From Eledone cirrhosa (taxonomy: Eukaryota): a stretch of DNA of 64,000 nt. The notes under the pieces were generated by a model. It worked only from the letters and a program-made list of their open reading frames with translations, was not told where the DNA came from and did not search any database. Where the stretch lies: positions 12,586,001 to 12,650,000 of the forward strand of contig OZ024760.1 of NCBI GenBank assembly GCA_964016885.1. Direction: 5' to 3'. Both the position numbers and the translations under genes were made by a program. Shown here in pieces: positions 14,665 through 29,233 of this stretch. How positions within the stretch are numbered: position 1 is the stretch's first letter; the number at the start of each line of letters is the position of its first letter.

Positions 14665-15010
14665 GTCAAGGTTATCTTTGCCTTCCCTCCTTACAGGGTC
14701 GATAAAATATAGTCCCAGTAATACACTGGGGTCGATTTAATCGACTTTCCCCCTCTCCCAAACTGCTGGCCTTACTTGTGCTTAACGTAGAAACCATTAT
14801 TATTATGATTACTATGGCGGTGGATTGGCAGAATCGGTAGAGGGTCGGACGCCATGCTTTGACGCACAGAGTTACGGCCCTTGCCATTCTGAGTTCAAAT
14901 CCTGCCGAGGTTAACTTTGCCTTTCACCCTTACGGGGGTCGATAAAATAAAGTACCAGTAATGTACTGGGGTAATTGCTGGCCTTGTGCCAAAAGTAGAA
15001 ACCATTATTA
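14665..15010 (+). mobile_element. Head-to-tail pair of SINE-M copies
   Basis: GAGTTCAAATCC B-box; GGTTAACTTTGCCTTTCATCC...GGTCGATAAAATAAAGTACCAGT conserved domain (recalled as Meta/Sauria-SINE-like); (ATT)n tail. Confidence 0.85.
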
Positions 15011-15747
15011 TTATTATTATTATTATGGTCTGTCCGTGTCAAAGAAAGTCTTCAACATTTCAAATAAATACAGAAATGGTTCAATCTTAATAAAATATTC
15101 ACCTTTCAACATACACATACATATACACACAGGCATTGATATACACACACATACATGTATTGATATACACATACATATACACACAGGCATTGATATACAC
15201 ACACATACATGTATTGATATACACATACATATACACACAAGCATTGATATACACACACACATACACATATATATAAATATAAACACACACACATATATAT
15301 ATACACACACACACATATGTATATAAACACACACCCACATATATATATAAACACACACACACATATATATATAAACACACACACACACACATATATAAAC
15401 ACACACCCACATATATATATAAACACACACACACATATATATATAAACACACACCCACATATATATATATATATATAAACACACACACACACATATATAT
15501 AAACACATACACACACACACATATATAAACACACACCCACATATATATATATATATATATATATAAACACACACACACACACACATATATATAAACGCAC
15601 ACACACACACATATATATAAACACACACACACATATTTACAGCAGTGACATAAACTGTTGTAATTATTTGTACTAAACTTGTCCTATGGACTGAGTGTTC
15701 TTACTCTTGGATATTTCTACCAAACTTACTACAGTATATATATATAA

Positions 15748-16074
15748 GACCCGACCCCCCACGGGTACAAGCCGAAGCTGAAGCATATAGACAATATGTC
15801 CCCACGCCCTCCCACTGCAAAGTGGTCGTGGGGGCGCCACGGCAAAAAAGCATCCAGCCCACACTGTAAAGTGGTTGTGTAGGCACCACGGAAAAAAAGC
15901 ACCCAGCACTCACTATAAATGAGGTTGGTGTTAGGAAGGGCATCCAGCTGTAGAAATCAAGCCAGAATCAGTTCCTGTATGAGCAAGACAAGGTCACCTG
16001 ACCTGACCTGGCATTGCCCACAACAGGACAACCCATCTAACCCATGCTAGCGAGGAAGAACGGATGTAAAACGG

Positions 16075-16105
<31 letters not shown>

Positions 16106-16106
16106 A
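15748..16106 (+). mobile_element. 5'-truncated RTE LINE end with long 3'UTR and (ATG)n tail
   Basis: Homologous to 48496-48970 and 63301-63670. Confidence 0.8.
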
Positions 16107-16413
16107 TATATATATATATCAGTTAAATAAAAGACATAAAAGCCGGACTCAGCAGTCCATCTAGTGACATAAGACAGCAACAGAAGAAGCTGACATCAGT
16201 TAGAGACAGATGAGGACTGCGATGATTGCTATATAGATTGCTGACAGGGTTTAAACTAGAAATAACATCATATAATATAGTGTATGTATGTATATGTGTA
16301 TATTTAATGTCTGTATATATATAGTGTATGTTATGTGTGTATACGTTGTGTTTGTATGTGTGTATACATGGTGTTTGTATGTGTGTATACATATTGTTTG
16401 TATGTGTATATAT

Positions 16414-16601
16414 AATTGTTTCTACTTTTGGCACAAGGCCAGCAATTATCCCAGTGTATTACTGGTACTTTATTTTATTGACCCCGTAAGGGTGAATGGC
16501 AAAGTTAACCTCGGCGGGATTTGAACTCAGTCCGTAAAGGGACGTAACTCTGCTGCAAAGCATGGCGTCCGACCCTCTACCGATACTGCCAATCCACCGC
16601 C
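16414..16601 (-). mobile_element. SINE-M, near full length
   Basis: Reverse complement of 14815-15010. Confidence 0.87.
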
Positions 16602-17372
16602 TATGTGTGTATGTAAATGTGTGTATATATAGTGTGTGTGTATGTAAGTGTGTGTAGATGTATGTGTGTATATATAGTCTATATATGTGTGTGTATATAT
16701 AGTGTATATATGTATGTATGTGTGTGTAAAAAAAACATTTAGTTTAAAAACTTTTTTGTAATGTTTTTATTTTGTTATTATTATTATTGTCTTTGTTGGT
16801 TTTTTTTTGGTAAAAATCAAATTGGTTATTATCAATAAATTAAAAATTAAACTACTGCATTAAGTTTGGCTAGCAAAGTTGATAATATCTTAAGTTGAAA
16901 TAAATCTAAAAAGGGGAGAACAAATTTTTTTTTTTAAAATCATAATAAAAAAAAAAAATAAAAAATAAAAAATTGAAATTGAAATAAAAAGAAAATTGAT
17001 AAAATAAAATAAAAAATTTTGAACTGAAAAAAAAAAAAATTAATTAAATTATAAAAATATTTAAATATTAAAATTAAATTAAACTAAAATAAGATAAAAT
17101 ACAGTAAAAATAAAAAGGATGTAAAAAAAAAAGTGGGGTGGGAGGAAGGAAAACCAACGGAACCTTCTGGAAAGATTTTTCCACTGAAGGAATGGTTTCC
17201 AGTACAGATTACCACAGATTAACGAAGTGTTAACTCTTGAGAACACTGTAGATTAATGATACTGTCATAGCATGATGGTACAGACACATGTGTATATATA
17301 CACACATATGTGTACATATATATATATGTGTGAGTGTGTGTGTATGTATATGTATATATGCGCAAATATGCA

Positions 17373-17424
<52 letters not shown>

Positions 17425-17439
17425 GTTGGTACTACAAAA

Positions 17440-17678
17440 CATGCCATGACAAAAAGCACCCAGCCCACAGTGTAAAGTGGTCGTGTAAGAGGCTGGCAAA
17501 AGGCACCCAGTACTCACTGTAAATGTGGTTGACGTTAGGAAGGGCATCCAACTGTAGAAACCAAGCCAGAAACAGTTCTGTGTGAGCAAAACAGTCAGCT
17601 GACCCAACTTACCTTCAATGGAACAACCTGTCTAACGTATGCTAGCATGGAAAATAGGTGATAAACGATGATGATGAT
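17440..17678 (+). mobile_element. RTE-tailed element (3'UTR body and tail)
   Basis: GTTAGGAAGGGCATCCA...ATGCTAGCATGGAAAA...AAACGATGATG. Confidence 0.78.
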
Positions 17679-17699
17679 ATATATATATGTTTATATAAA

Positions 17700-18092
17700 C
17701 GGAAAAAATGAAACGAAATTTCATTTCTCACTCTTAGTACGGCTGTTACTTAAATATAAGTATGTACACGTACATATATATATATGTATACAGACGTACA
17801 GTAGTATGTATATATATATACATACATGAACACATATATATATGTACGTATGGATTCACCGAACATTTATTATAATGCTCGGTGTGTTTGTAAACAAACA
17901 TCCCGTATTAAGCCGTAGTGTCTAGCAACCATCGTTGTTCGTTTGTTCAACACTGACAAAGGAACGCTCTACTAGTTTCAGGCTTATTAGCTATCATCAG
18001 CAACGTATACCTTCCTGCCAGATTGTTGAGTGTATATACTTACCTTATGCATATTAACGGCTGAGTAGCCGAATTTGCATATCGAGTGAGTT
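17700..18092 (-). mobile_element. Repeat family E with degenerate hammerhead motif at 17965-18005
   Basis: Homologous to 35551-35890; minus strand CTGATGA-tagctaataagcct-GAAA-CTAG-TA with palindromic ACTAGT but imperfect stems I and II. Confidence 0.5.
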
Positions 18093-18149
18093 AATATATA
18101 TATATAAAGTTTGGCTTCTACAGGACTACTTTATATGTGGGGTAAAGAC

Positions 18150-18430
18150 CCCGCTTCAGTCAGAAATGACCATGGGATTTGCACCGAGAAAGTTCTCACC
18201 CGAGGCACAAGTCCAAGCAAGGTTGTTTATGGAAGACCATCAGTCTCCCAAACATACCAGTTTTCGCTCTCATTCCTACAGTTGAATATGTGCCTACACA
18301 CACTGGAAGCTTCTTTATGGCCCCTGGAAGGATGAAAACCCAAAGTAGTCCTTGGTAGGATTTGAACTCACAACAACACAGAAGCCCGGAACAAATAACC
18401 AGTGTTCTAAAAAATTTGCCAAATTGACAG
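18150..18430 (-). mobile_element. Old SINE-like copy
   Basis: Degenerate GAAGGATGAAA...GGATTTGAACTC matches the SINE-M domain; different, longer tail. Confidence 0.45.
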
Positions 18431-18522
18431 CCTTTCAAGTGGGAAACCATTAACATTTGTACTGCCTCTTCACTTCCACGTTTTTTTGTTTTATGTTTTC
18501 TGTTTACTGTCTCGACTTTAAA

Positions 18523-18577
<55 letters not shown>

Positions 18578-18724
18578 CACATATACATATATATATATAT
18601 CTAACCCATGTTAGCTTGGAAGATGGACGTTAAACGAAGATGATGATGATATATTAATGAGTATATATATATATACATATATATATATACACACACACAT
18701 ATATATACATATATATATATATAT

Positions 18725-18767
<43 letters not shown>

Positions 18768-18768
18768 T

Positions 18769-18799
<31 letters not shown>

Positions 18800-18888
18800 C
18801 ACAAACATATATATACATATATATATATACACACACAAATATATACATACATATATATATATACACACACATATATATATATACATAC

Positions 18889-18953
<65 letters not shown>

Positions 18954-19006
18954 CATACATATATATATATATAGATACATATATATATATACATATATAT
19001 ATATAC

Positions 19007-19045
<39 letters not shown>

Positions 19046-19051
19046 CATACA

Positions 19052-19101
<50 letters not shown>

Positions 19102-19132
19102 CATATATATACATATATATATATATACATAC

Positions 19133-19163
<31 letters not shown>

Positions 19164-19206
19164 CATATATATATATATACATATATATATATACATATAT
19201 ATATAC

Positions 19207-19241
<35 letters not shown>

Positions 19242-19250
19242 CATATATAT

Positions 19251-19305
<55 letters not shown>

Positions 19306-19745
19306 CATATATATACATATATATATACATACGGATAATGTGGGCAAGAGAGGAATTTCTTAAACAGGAACCCAACCTAACATTAACCCAAGCTAACTAA
19401 ACCGAAACAAAGGTACCATTGCTATAGGAAGAATGGAATGGTTGTAAATTAGTAAGAATTACCAACAGAGTGTGAGAGGGGGTAATGGTGGTGCTGGGGT
19501 GAGGGGGAGAAATAGGTAATATGCAGCAGGAACTCAATAAATGAAGAGTGCAATAAATAAAAATAGGATTAAACCTTACCAAATATAAAAGAAAAAAAAA
19601 GGGTTTTTTTTTTTTCAAAGAAGGCCTTTATCTGTAGATTGAGTGAGGGGTGGGGGCAGTGATCAGTGATGAAATTATCTTTTAATCTTGTAATGACATT
19701 AGCACACATACATAGATGGAATAATGGGAGCTGTGTTTTAGAAGG

Positions 19746-19798
<53 letters not shown>

Positions 19799-20194
19799 GA
19801 ATATATATATATATATACATGTATATATGTATATATATATTATAAGAATATATATATATATATACATGTATATATGTATATATATATTATAAGAATATAT
19901 ATATATACATGTATATATGTATGTATATATATATATATATTATAAGAATATATATATATATATATACATATACATTATATATATATATATATTACACATA
20001 CATAACCTTTACATCTATAGAGATTAGATAAAATGATAATGTTCTCTATGCAAATGTACCATCACCATCATCATCACCATCATCACCATCACTACCATCA
20101 TCATCACCATCACTACCATCATCATCACCATCACCACCATCATCATCATCACTACCATCAGCATCATAACCTCACCAGTGTCATCATCATGCAG

Positions 20195-20638
20195 TATATT
20201 GGCAGTAACCGGTAGAACACCGGACATGTTTAGTGGCATAGAGTTACGACCCTTTACGTTCTGAGTTCAAATCCCGCTGAGGTTAGCTTTGCCTTTCATC
20301 CTTACGCCCCCCCCCCCAATTAATGTGCTTGTGCCTATATAAGAAATCATCATCATTATTGGTGGATTGGCAGAGGGTCGGACACCATGATTGGTAGTAT
20401 CGGTAGAGGGTCGGACGCTATGCTCTGCAGCAAAGAGTTTCGGCCCTTTATCGTCTGAATTCAAATCCCGCCGAGGTTAACTTTGCCTTTCATCCTTACG
20501 GGGTCGATAAAATAAAGTACCAGTAATACACTGGGATAATTGCTGGCCTTGTGCCAAAAGCAGAAACAATTATCATCATTATTATAAAAGAGGGCAGTGG
20601 GTTGGCAGTAATTGGTAGAGCGTCGGACAACATGCTGG
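20195..20638 (+). mobile_element. Cluster of three tandem SINE-M copies or fragments
   Basis: Repeated TTGGCAG...GGTAGA...CGGAC heads and two B-box/conserved domains. Confidence 0.83.
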
Positions 20639-21242
20639 AGAATCTAATAATAATTTTATTTTACATTTAAAAAAAACCCACTCTTATATATGACAAAAAA
20701 AGGAGCATTAGAAAGAAACCTCATATTTACGAACATACACTGTACAACTACCGACTCACCCACCCACTTATAAGAATTTAAGTAAATATCCACCCACGCG
20801 GCTTATTCCACCTTTCCTATTATTTGGGACCGGAGAGTATCTCTTAATTGCACGACAACACAAAAGTCGATGTTTGTTTGCTTTTTTAATTAATTATCAA
20901 AGATTAAGGAAGGATTAAGGCAGGATTAGCATTGAGCTATTGTTTCAAACATAATGAAAGGTTCTTGCATGTGGGCATTAAGAGAAATTGGCTTAAATCA
21001 AGGATTTAGGAAGGAATATTATTAAACCATTGTCTGGAAAGATGACAAAACTTTCTTAGATGTGGGCGTTAAAAACATTGGCTTAAATAGTTCCAGAAGA
21101 CTTGGATAAGCTAAAGTTATCTAGAAAAGTTCTTTCTATTTCTTACTTTCCACACCTTCAGCACCCCTAAAGGAAGTTTCAGTCTTGAAATTGCAAGGAC
21201 AGTCATAGTTGATTGAAGTTTTTTTTCTCCTCACTTGCTATT

Positions 21243-21482
21243 TTAACCCTTTACTTACCAACCTGGCCAAAACCAGCTCTGGTTCTATGAAATAAAACCT
21301 CCCATTTTAAAGGTTTCCAATTTAAATTAAAATCTTCCAACAAGATTTTGTATAAGAACCTTACATTAAGTTACGATCTTAGTAATGAAATAATTAATGA
21401 TTTTAGTAAATCTCTCAAAATTCTTCATTAATTAATTAAAATAGAGTGTATTTCATTAGAAATGTGGACATGAAAGGGTTAA
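21243..21482. mobile_element. piggyBac-like MITE
   Basis: TTAA CCCTTT ... AAAGGG TTAA termini; homologous to 29234-29486. Confidence 0.78.
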
Positions 21483-21665
21483 GAAAGCGAGTCTATTTGT
21501 AAGTGTATCATCACCACCACCACCATTTAACATATATATATATATATACACACACACACTTATATATATCATCATTACCACCACCATTTAACATATATAT
21601 ACACACACATATATCATCATCATCATCATCTTCGTTTAACGTCCATTTTCCACGCTAGCATGGGT

Positions 21666-21703
<38 letters not shown>

Positions 21704-21865
21704 TACTGGTAGAAAACCGGGAGGTTATATCCAAAGTTAGAAGAACACTGAGTCCAAAAAAACGATTTTGGTGTAGATTTATTCCACAACAAATTAGCAC
21801 GAATCCTTGAATATGGTTTGCTAATTTTTTGTGAAACTAACTCTGTGTCTCCCTATGTATGTATG

Positions 21866-21925
<60 letters not shown>

Positions 21926-22894
21926 TATATGCTGTGCCTGTAGAGGTGTTTTCTGTATGCTGTATATATTTGTAAATTCTGGGGGTTGGGTTTGTATCTG
22001 TCGGTGTGTGAAGTTTTTTTTTTCTTCTATCATTCACAACAAAATTATCATCATCATCATCATTAAATTATCATTATTATCATCATTATTGTTATTTAAT
22101 CTCCCAAATGGTATTAATCAAGACAAGCTGGTGTTTAAGATGCTAGAAGAAGATTAGCTGGAACAGTTTTTGGAGACTACATGCCTATCTTAATAATTTT
22201 TACCAAAGAAGATAGACAGACAGAACGACAGAGAGAACGAAAGACTTATCTTCTGGCTTTTTCATTCACATTATTCTTTCTTTTCTTCTAACCCCTCCCC
22301 CTCTCCATACCACTCCCCTTCTCCTCCTCCCCCTTCTCCACCAAACACAAAACAAAACTATACCTAACAAACTGATTCTTTTTCTTTTTTTTTTGTTTGA
22401 TTCCTGATACCATTTTGAAGAATATGGAAATTTTAAAATGATTCCTCAAAGAATGAAGTCTCTACATGTATGTCACCCCCTTTCCTCTCCCCCACCCCAC
22501 AAATATTTTGAAACAAGAATACATGTAGTTGGTAGTGATGGTGTTGATGATGGTGGTGGTGTTGATAGTAATGGTGTTGATTATGAAGGTGGTTGGTAGT
22601 GATGGTGGTGGTGGTGGTTGATGATGATGATGATGGTGGTGGCGATGAGAAGGAAGAAGAAGAAGAAGAAGGAGGAGGAGGAGGAGGAAATGTTGATGAT
22701 GACATAAAAAAATTAAAATCTTTATCAAAAACTAACATTATGATAACATCCTCCCATAATTTCCTAAGATCAACACCACCGTTATCTAATGGAGCCAACA
22801 CCCATCCAATATCACAATATTGCCTATTTTTAATATATATACATATATATACATATACACCCCTCTACTCTTGGACTGTTCTAGAAATCTCACA

Positions 22895-23519
22895 GGCCCT
22901 CTTCAACATAGGTTGACCTAGGGCTAAACAGACAGGTCCCCTTAAACATGGGTTGACCTAGGGCTAAACTGACAGGTCCCCTTTAACATGGGTTGACCTA
23001 GGGCTAAACTGACAGGTCCCCTTTAACATGGGTTGACCTAGGGCTAAACTGACAGGTCCCCTTCAACATGGGTTGACCTAGGGCTAAACTGACAGGTCCC
23101 CTTAAACATGGGTTGACCTAGGGCTAAACTGACAGGTCCCCTTAAACATGGGTTGACCTAGGGCTAAACAGACAGATCCCCTTAAACATGGGTTGATCTA
23201 GGGCTAAACAGACAGGTCCCCTTAAACATGGGTTGACCTAGGGCTAAACAGACAGGTCCCCTTAAACATGGGTTGACCTAGGGCTAAACTGACAGGTCCC
23301 CTTCAACATGGGTTGACCTAGGGCTAAACAGACAGGTCCCCTTCAACATGGGTTGACCTAGGGCTAAACAGACAGGTCCTCTTAAACATGGGTTGACCTA
23401 GGGCTAAACAGACAGATCCCCTTAAACATGGGTTGATCTAGGGCTAAACAGACAGGTCCCCTTAAACATGGGTTGACCTAGGGCTAAACAGACAGGTCCT
23501 CTTCAACATGGCTGACCTG
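22895..23519. repeat. 40-bp minisatellite (AACATGGGTTGACCTAGGGCTAAACWGACAGGTCCCCTTH), about 15 units
   Basis: Exact periodicity. Confidence 0.97.
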
Positions 23520-23852
23520 ACTATTGAACCAAGAATTAATTAAATACGAGTAAAGTTGCTTAAATAAATAATAGATGTAACACAATCTTCGTTATCATTT
23601 ATTGCACTGCAGCATCGTCATGATCATCATAATCACCTTTATCATCATCATCATCATCATCACCATCACCGTCATCATTACCCCCACCCCCCTCCCCACA
23701 GTACCTCACTAGAGATATCTTTCTCAAAACAACTCTTACAATTACCCGCATCACTGAACTGTGTCTTTCATACCATTGTTTTTCTTCAGAACCAATTTCA
23801 CAGAGAATCTCTCATTAAATTCTTCATACCAAACACAGAAACACACTCCTCT

Positions 23853-24215
23853 CATCATCATCATCATCGTTTTTACATCTGTTTTTCCACGCTTGCATGG
23901 GTTGGACGGGTCCTTCTCAGCACAACATCTTTTTCCACTTGTCATCTCCTCTGGGAATCTCAGTGATTTGAGGTCAGTTCTCACAACCTCTGCCAAGGTC
24001 TTTCTTGGTCTATCTCAACTGTGGCTTCCTTCCACTGGCATTTCCTGGCACTTCTTCACCAATCGGTCATCGTCCAAGCACATCACATGTCCATACCAAC
24101 GCAGTATTCTCTCCTACACACCACCTTGGATTCCTCTTAACCCAGCTTCTCCCTCAACTCATCCAAGTTCTGCCTTTATCTCACGTTTACATTGCACACC
24201 CAACAGAGCATGGCT
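23853..24215 (-). mobile_element. Decayed RTE LINE 3' end (RT C-terminus and tail)
   Basis: Minus frame reads ERILRWYGHVMCLDDDRLVKKCQEMPVEGSHS*DRPRKTLAEVVRTDLKSL, then tail ACCCATGCAAGCGTGGAAAA...(ATG)n. Confidence 0.87.
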
Positions 24216-24249
24216 AATGACAAACACGATTTTACTCACTCTCTCTTCC

Positions 24250-24301
<52 letters not shown>

Positions 24302-24468
24302 GAGAGAGTATTTACGTATCGAGAGAGAGAAAAAAGGAGGGATAGATGATACATGTAGTAATTTGCCAAATAGCGTATGCAGAGGGTGCTCAATACTAGT
24401 GCCGGCAGAGTTAGATATTAGAGGTGTTAATATTTAGTGGGCGAGAGAGTTAGCAGAGCGTAAGCACG

Positions 24469-24541
24469 TGGAAAAGTAAGAAATAGGAGAACAGACCGTT
24501 AATACATGTTTTAACATGTTCTCCTATTTCTTACTTTTCCA
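24469..24541. repeat. Perfect 25-bp inverted repeat, 23-bp spacer
   Basis: TGGAAAAGTAAGAAATAGGAGAACA ... TGTTCTCCTATTTCTTACTTTTCCA. Confidence 0.9.
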
Positions 24542-24849
24542 TGTATATATTTCTCCCGTCAGGTCTCTCTCCATTTTCCTCTACCATATCTCTCTCTTCC
24601 TCTCTACGATGTCTCTGTATATATACATACATATATAAATAAATATACATATATATATATATATAGATATATATATATATATATTTAAAAGAATAGGTTT
24701 CAGAAGATCCCATTAAGGGTGAAAGCAGCGATTCTTTGCTTAAACTTTAATCTGTTATTTTAATAAATATTTGATATATATTTATCCTTATCGAGCCCTC
24801 TTTGGATTTTAGTCTTCAAATTTATTATTATTACTATTATTACTATTAT

Positions 24850-24899
<50 letters not shown>

Positions 24900-24948
24900 T
24901 ATAATATATATTTTTCACTGGGAACAATTTGTCAGCATTTTCTTTTCC

Positions 24949-24987
<39 letters not shown>

Positions 24988-25042
24988 TTGTAAACTCTAA
25001 GGTATGTCAAATTTATTTATTTATAAAACTGTCTATATATTG

Positions 25043-25107
25043 TATTTTGTCTGAAGAGGGCATACCATATTTTAATATGATATCCCTGAAATATATATAA
25101 TGAAATA
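25043..25107 (+). ncRNA. Hammerhead ribozyme motif (family C)
   Basis: TATTTTGT-CTGAAGA-GGGCATACCATAT ttta ATATGATATCCCT-GAAA-TATATA-TA-ATGAAATA. Confidence 0.68.
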
Positions 25108-25148
25108 AATATGGTTTTATAAATGTAATTTCCATTTGTTTAATATCG

Positions 25149-25179
<31 letters not shown>

Positions 25180-25951
25180 CATATGGGGAGAAGAATACTG
25201 CATGGTTGCACATGGATTACATGTTATAAAATGAGTCCCTCATCAGTGATTTGCCAACGATCATTGGTATTTCATCGCATTAAAAATATATATATATAAA
25301 AATATATGTATAAATATATATAAAAGAGTGTTGAAGTTTGCATATATATAAATATATATAAACACACATACACACATACACAGAAACATATACACACCAG
25401 CTTTACATATTTCTATAACTCCATTGTAAAATGTGAAACAGGTGCTTCAGTTAGCCAGTGGGCTTGAGAAGGTTAACTAACATTTTACCAATATGATTTA
25501 CTTCAAAAGTTTCAGTTATATCACGTTGCTATTCTATTCCAGGTAAAATTAGTAGCAGTGGTGATGGTGGTGGCGCCATTCTTGGAGGGCTTAATTGGTT
25601 GACAAAGATTTACATTGTCAGAATTACTTGTTAGATGCAGCAGCTAATGTAAGAACTGTCAGCAGCTGTGAACTTGAAAGAGTTAAACTGTATCTTGGGG
25701 AATCTTTAGTTATATTTAAGCAGACAAGCAAATGCAGATAGTTGTCTAGATAATATATAGTATCATAGTTGCTTCACAAGTTTGGTGCTACTTCTACCTG
25801 CCAGCCTCAACCCATTCTCATATATGATGGTCTAGTAGTCGTTCTCTCCATCTTTTCCTGTCTCCTGCCATTGCAGTACATTCCTGTCCATTCCTTTATA
25901 TCATCTGTCTATCTCCTTTTCTGCCATCCCCTGTATTCATCCCTCAAGGAT

Positions 25952-26001
<50 letters not shown>

Positions 26002-26005
<4 letters not shown>

Positions 26006-26124
26006 TGTAAATGAGGTTGGTGTTAGGAAGGGCATCCAGCTGTAGAAATCAAGCCAGAATCAGTTCCCGTCCCACCCTTGCAAGCAGGGAAAAGTGGACG
26101 TAAAATGATGATGATGATGATGAT
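26002..26124 (+). mobile_element. 5'-truncated RTE-tailed SINE
   Basis: Nearly identical to 2044-2157; begins directly after (TA)n. Confidence 0.85.
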
Positions 26125-26568
26125 CACATCCTTGAGGGATAAATACAGGGGAAAGGGACCAGATAGAATATCTGTGTATGAATATATTTCAATCACTTTC
26201 TTATAATGAGTAAACTCCGTTCCCCTTGCTCTAGTAGGCTTTTATATTTATATGTGAGCTGATAGAGTACAGTCTAAGGATTTACAGAAACCCAAGAAGC
26301 TAGATTTAACACCTTTCTAGTGGGTCCGGGTATGATTTTACATTCATTTAAATTATTGATGTATTGTTTTATTGATATTTTTTATCTGTTTGTCCCGAAT
26401 CTTCTATTATCGATTTTTTATCGTATGGTTGATTGTAGACTTGTTCTATATGTGACGGTATTTTAACGATAGTTATAGCTCTGATTCATATGAATTATTG
26501 AGCCCTCTGCCGCTCATTTCGAATATTGTTTATCGTGAACTCGTGCGCCGATTTTTTGATACTCGATC

Positions 26569-26617
<49 letters not shown>

Positions 26618-26620
<3 letters not shown>

Positions 26621-26804
26621 GTTTCTACTTTAGGCACAAGGCCAGCAATTACCCAGTACATTACTGGTACTTTATTCTATCGACCCCGTAAGGATGAAAG
26701 GCAAAGTCAACCTCGGCGGGATTTGAACTCAGATCGTAAAGGGACGTAACTATGCTGGAAAGCATGGCGTCCGACCCTCTACCCATACTGCCAATTCACC
26801 GCCC
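26618..26804 (-). mobile_element. SINE-M
   Basis: Reverse complement of the family consensus. Confidence 0.87.
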
Positions 26805-26856
26805 ATTATATATATATATATGATATATATATATATACAATGATATATATATATAT

Positions 26857-26980
26857 AAACTTGTAATAAATTGAAGTGAAAGCCAACAGGTGCATGTGTT
26901 TTTATTGGCAGCATGACCCTCCCAAAGTATAACTATCTGTTTCAACACACGTTTTCACATAAGAAATATCACAAAACAAA
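26857..26980 (+). mobile_element. 3' fragment of a family A relative
   Basis: AATAAATTGAAGTGAAAGC...CATGACCCTCCCAAAGTATAAC. Confidence 0.7.
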
Positions 26981-27012
26981 TATATATTTATATATATATG
27001 TATGTGTATATA

Positions 27013-27053
<41 letters not shown>

Positions 27054-27156
27054 ATATATATTTATATATATATATATATATATGTGTATGTGTGTATATA
27101 TATATATATATGTGTGTGTGTATATATATATATATAAATATATATGTATGTGTGTG

Positions 27157-27187
<31 letters not shown>

Positions 27188-27212
27188 ATATATATATATG
27201 TATATATATGTA

Positions 27213-27253
<41 letters not shown>

Positions 27254-27254
27254 A

Positions 27255-27303
<49 letters not shown>

Positions 27304-27405
27304 ATAGTGTATATATATATATGTATGTGTATGTATATATATATATATATGTATGTGTATGTATATATATATATATGTATGTGTATGTATATATATATAT
27401 ATATA

Positions 27406-27454
<49 letters not shown>

Positions 27455-27499
27455 ATATATATATATATATATATGTGTGTGTATATATATATATATATA

Positions 27500-27542
<43 letters not shown>

Positions 27543-27555
27543 ATATATATATATG

Positions 27556-27610
<55 letters not shown>

Positions 27611-28131
27611 TGGAGCTACTTACACAGTCCAACAAGTTAGTTATTATAAAATGTGTTATGGTGGAAACAGAAGTACTGTGTGACCAATGAGGTCATTGAA
27701 GGGGTAGTAACCTGATAGGTGGCGGTGGGAGGAGGTAGTGTGAGGGGGGAGGAGGTAGAGTGAGGGGGTAGTAATTTGATAAGTGGAGAGAGGTGCGAGG
27801 GGGGGGGGAGATGGAGGGGAAACATCCTAGATATGTAATTTGACTGAAATACTATATGTTACTACTATTACTACTGTTACTACTATCACCACCACTACTA
27901 CTACTACTACCTCTTCTCCAGCTACTAATACAACTACTACCACCACCACCACTACTACTGCTGCTACTATTATTACTACTACCACCACCACTCCTAAAAC
28001 CCACCATACACCACCACACCACACCACACCCACACACAACCAATCCTAAAACCCACCACACCACTCCTACCACCCTACCTAACCCCTACCCCACCACCAC
28101 ACCAATACAGGGCCAATTATTTCACTGACAT

Positions 28132-28525
28132 CGGTGGATTGGCAGTATCGGTAGAGGGTCGGACGCAATGCTTTCCAGCACAGTTACGTCCCTTTCCATT
28201 CTGAGTTCAAATCCCGCCGAGGTTAACTTTGCCTTTCATCCTTTACAGGGTCAATAAAATAAAGTACCAGTAATATACTGAGGTTGATTTAATCAACTCC
28301 CTTCTTCCCAAATTGCTGGCCTTGTGCCTAAATCAGAAACCATTATTATCCGGTAGAAGGTCAGACACCGTGCTTTCCAGTATAGTTACGTCCCTTTACA
28401 GTCTGAGTTCAAATCCCGCCCAGGTCAACTTTGCCTTTCATCCTTACGGGGTCGATAAAATAAAGTACCAGTAATACACTGGTATAATTACTGGCCTTGT
28501 GCCAATAGTAAAAAACAATTATTAT
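28132..28525 (+). mobile_element. Head-to-tail SINE-M dimer
   Basis: Two complete B-box and conserved-domain units. Confidence 0.87.
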
Positions 28526-28739
28526 CGTTATAAGTCAATGCTTATTATCATTATTATTCTAAGTGTATGTGCGGACATCTTGCCTCTTGCAAGTGTAGTG
28601 AACTGTGAAAAAAAATAGACACCTTCTCCTAATATAATACTTATCATAGCTGAATATTCCTGGTTGGTTCCGCTTTAGTAATTCTCTATTAATTATCCTA
28701 AAGATACACTTTTGAATTTCTATTTGTTCAGCTACATGT

Positions 28740-28797
<58 letters not shown>

Positions 28798-29233
28798 CAC
28801 ACTCACACATATATATATATATATACACACATATGCAAACAGACACATATACATACACACACATACATACATATACACACACACATATATATATATAGAT
28901 ACACACACACTCACATATATATATTGTATATATACACACACATGCAAACAGACACATATACATATATACACACACACACATATATATATATATATACACA
29001 CAAACAGATATATACATAAATATAGTGAGTGGGTTATTAGATAGTATAGGATGGAAGTTCCTCTTTCTCCGTATGTAATTGGTCAGTTTGCTCTGTTTAA
29101 CACCGAGACCTGGCTCCAGAAAACCACTATACTACACACTACACTATCTTTAACCAGAATACACACTGGGGTGCCAGGATCAGTGAAAAACCTACGCAAT
29201 GGTAGCACTAGCTACTTTATATCAGATGGGCCT

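Noticed and set aside
25215-25252. Hammerhead-like CTGATGAGGGAC on the minus strand
   Set aside because: No GAAA and no stem II partner.
26160-26575. Possible Penelope coding fragment (CpG-richer island between repeats)
   Set aside because: I could not find an RT or GIY-YIG motif by eye; TBLASTX against a TE library would be needed.
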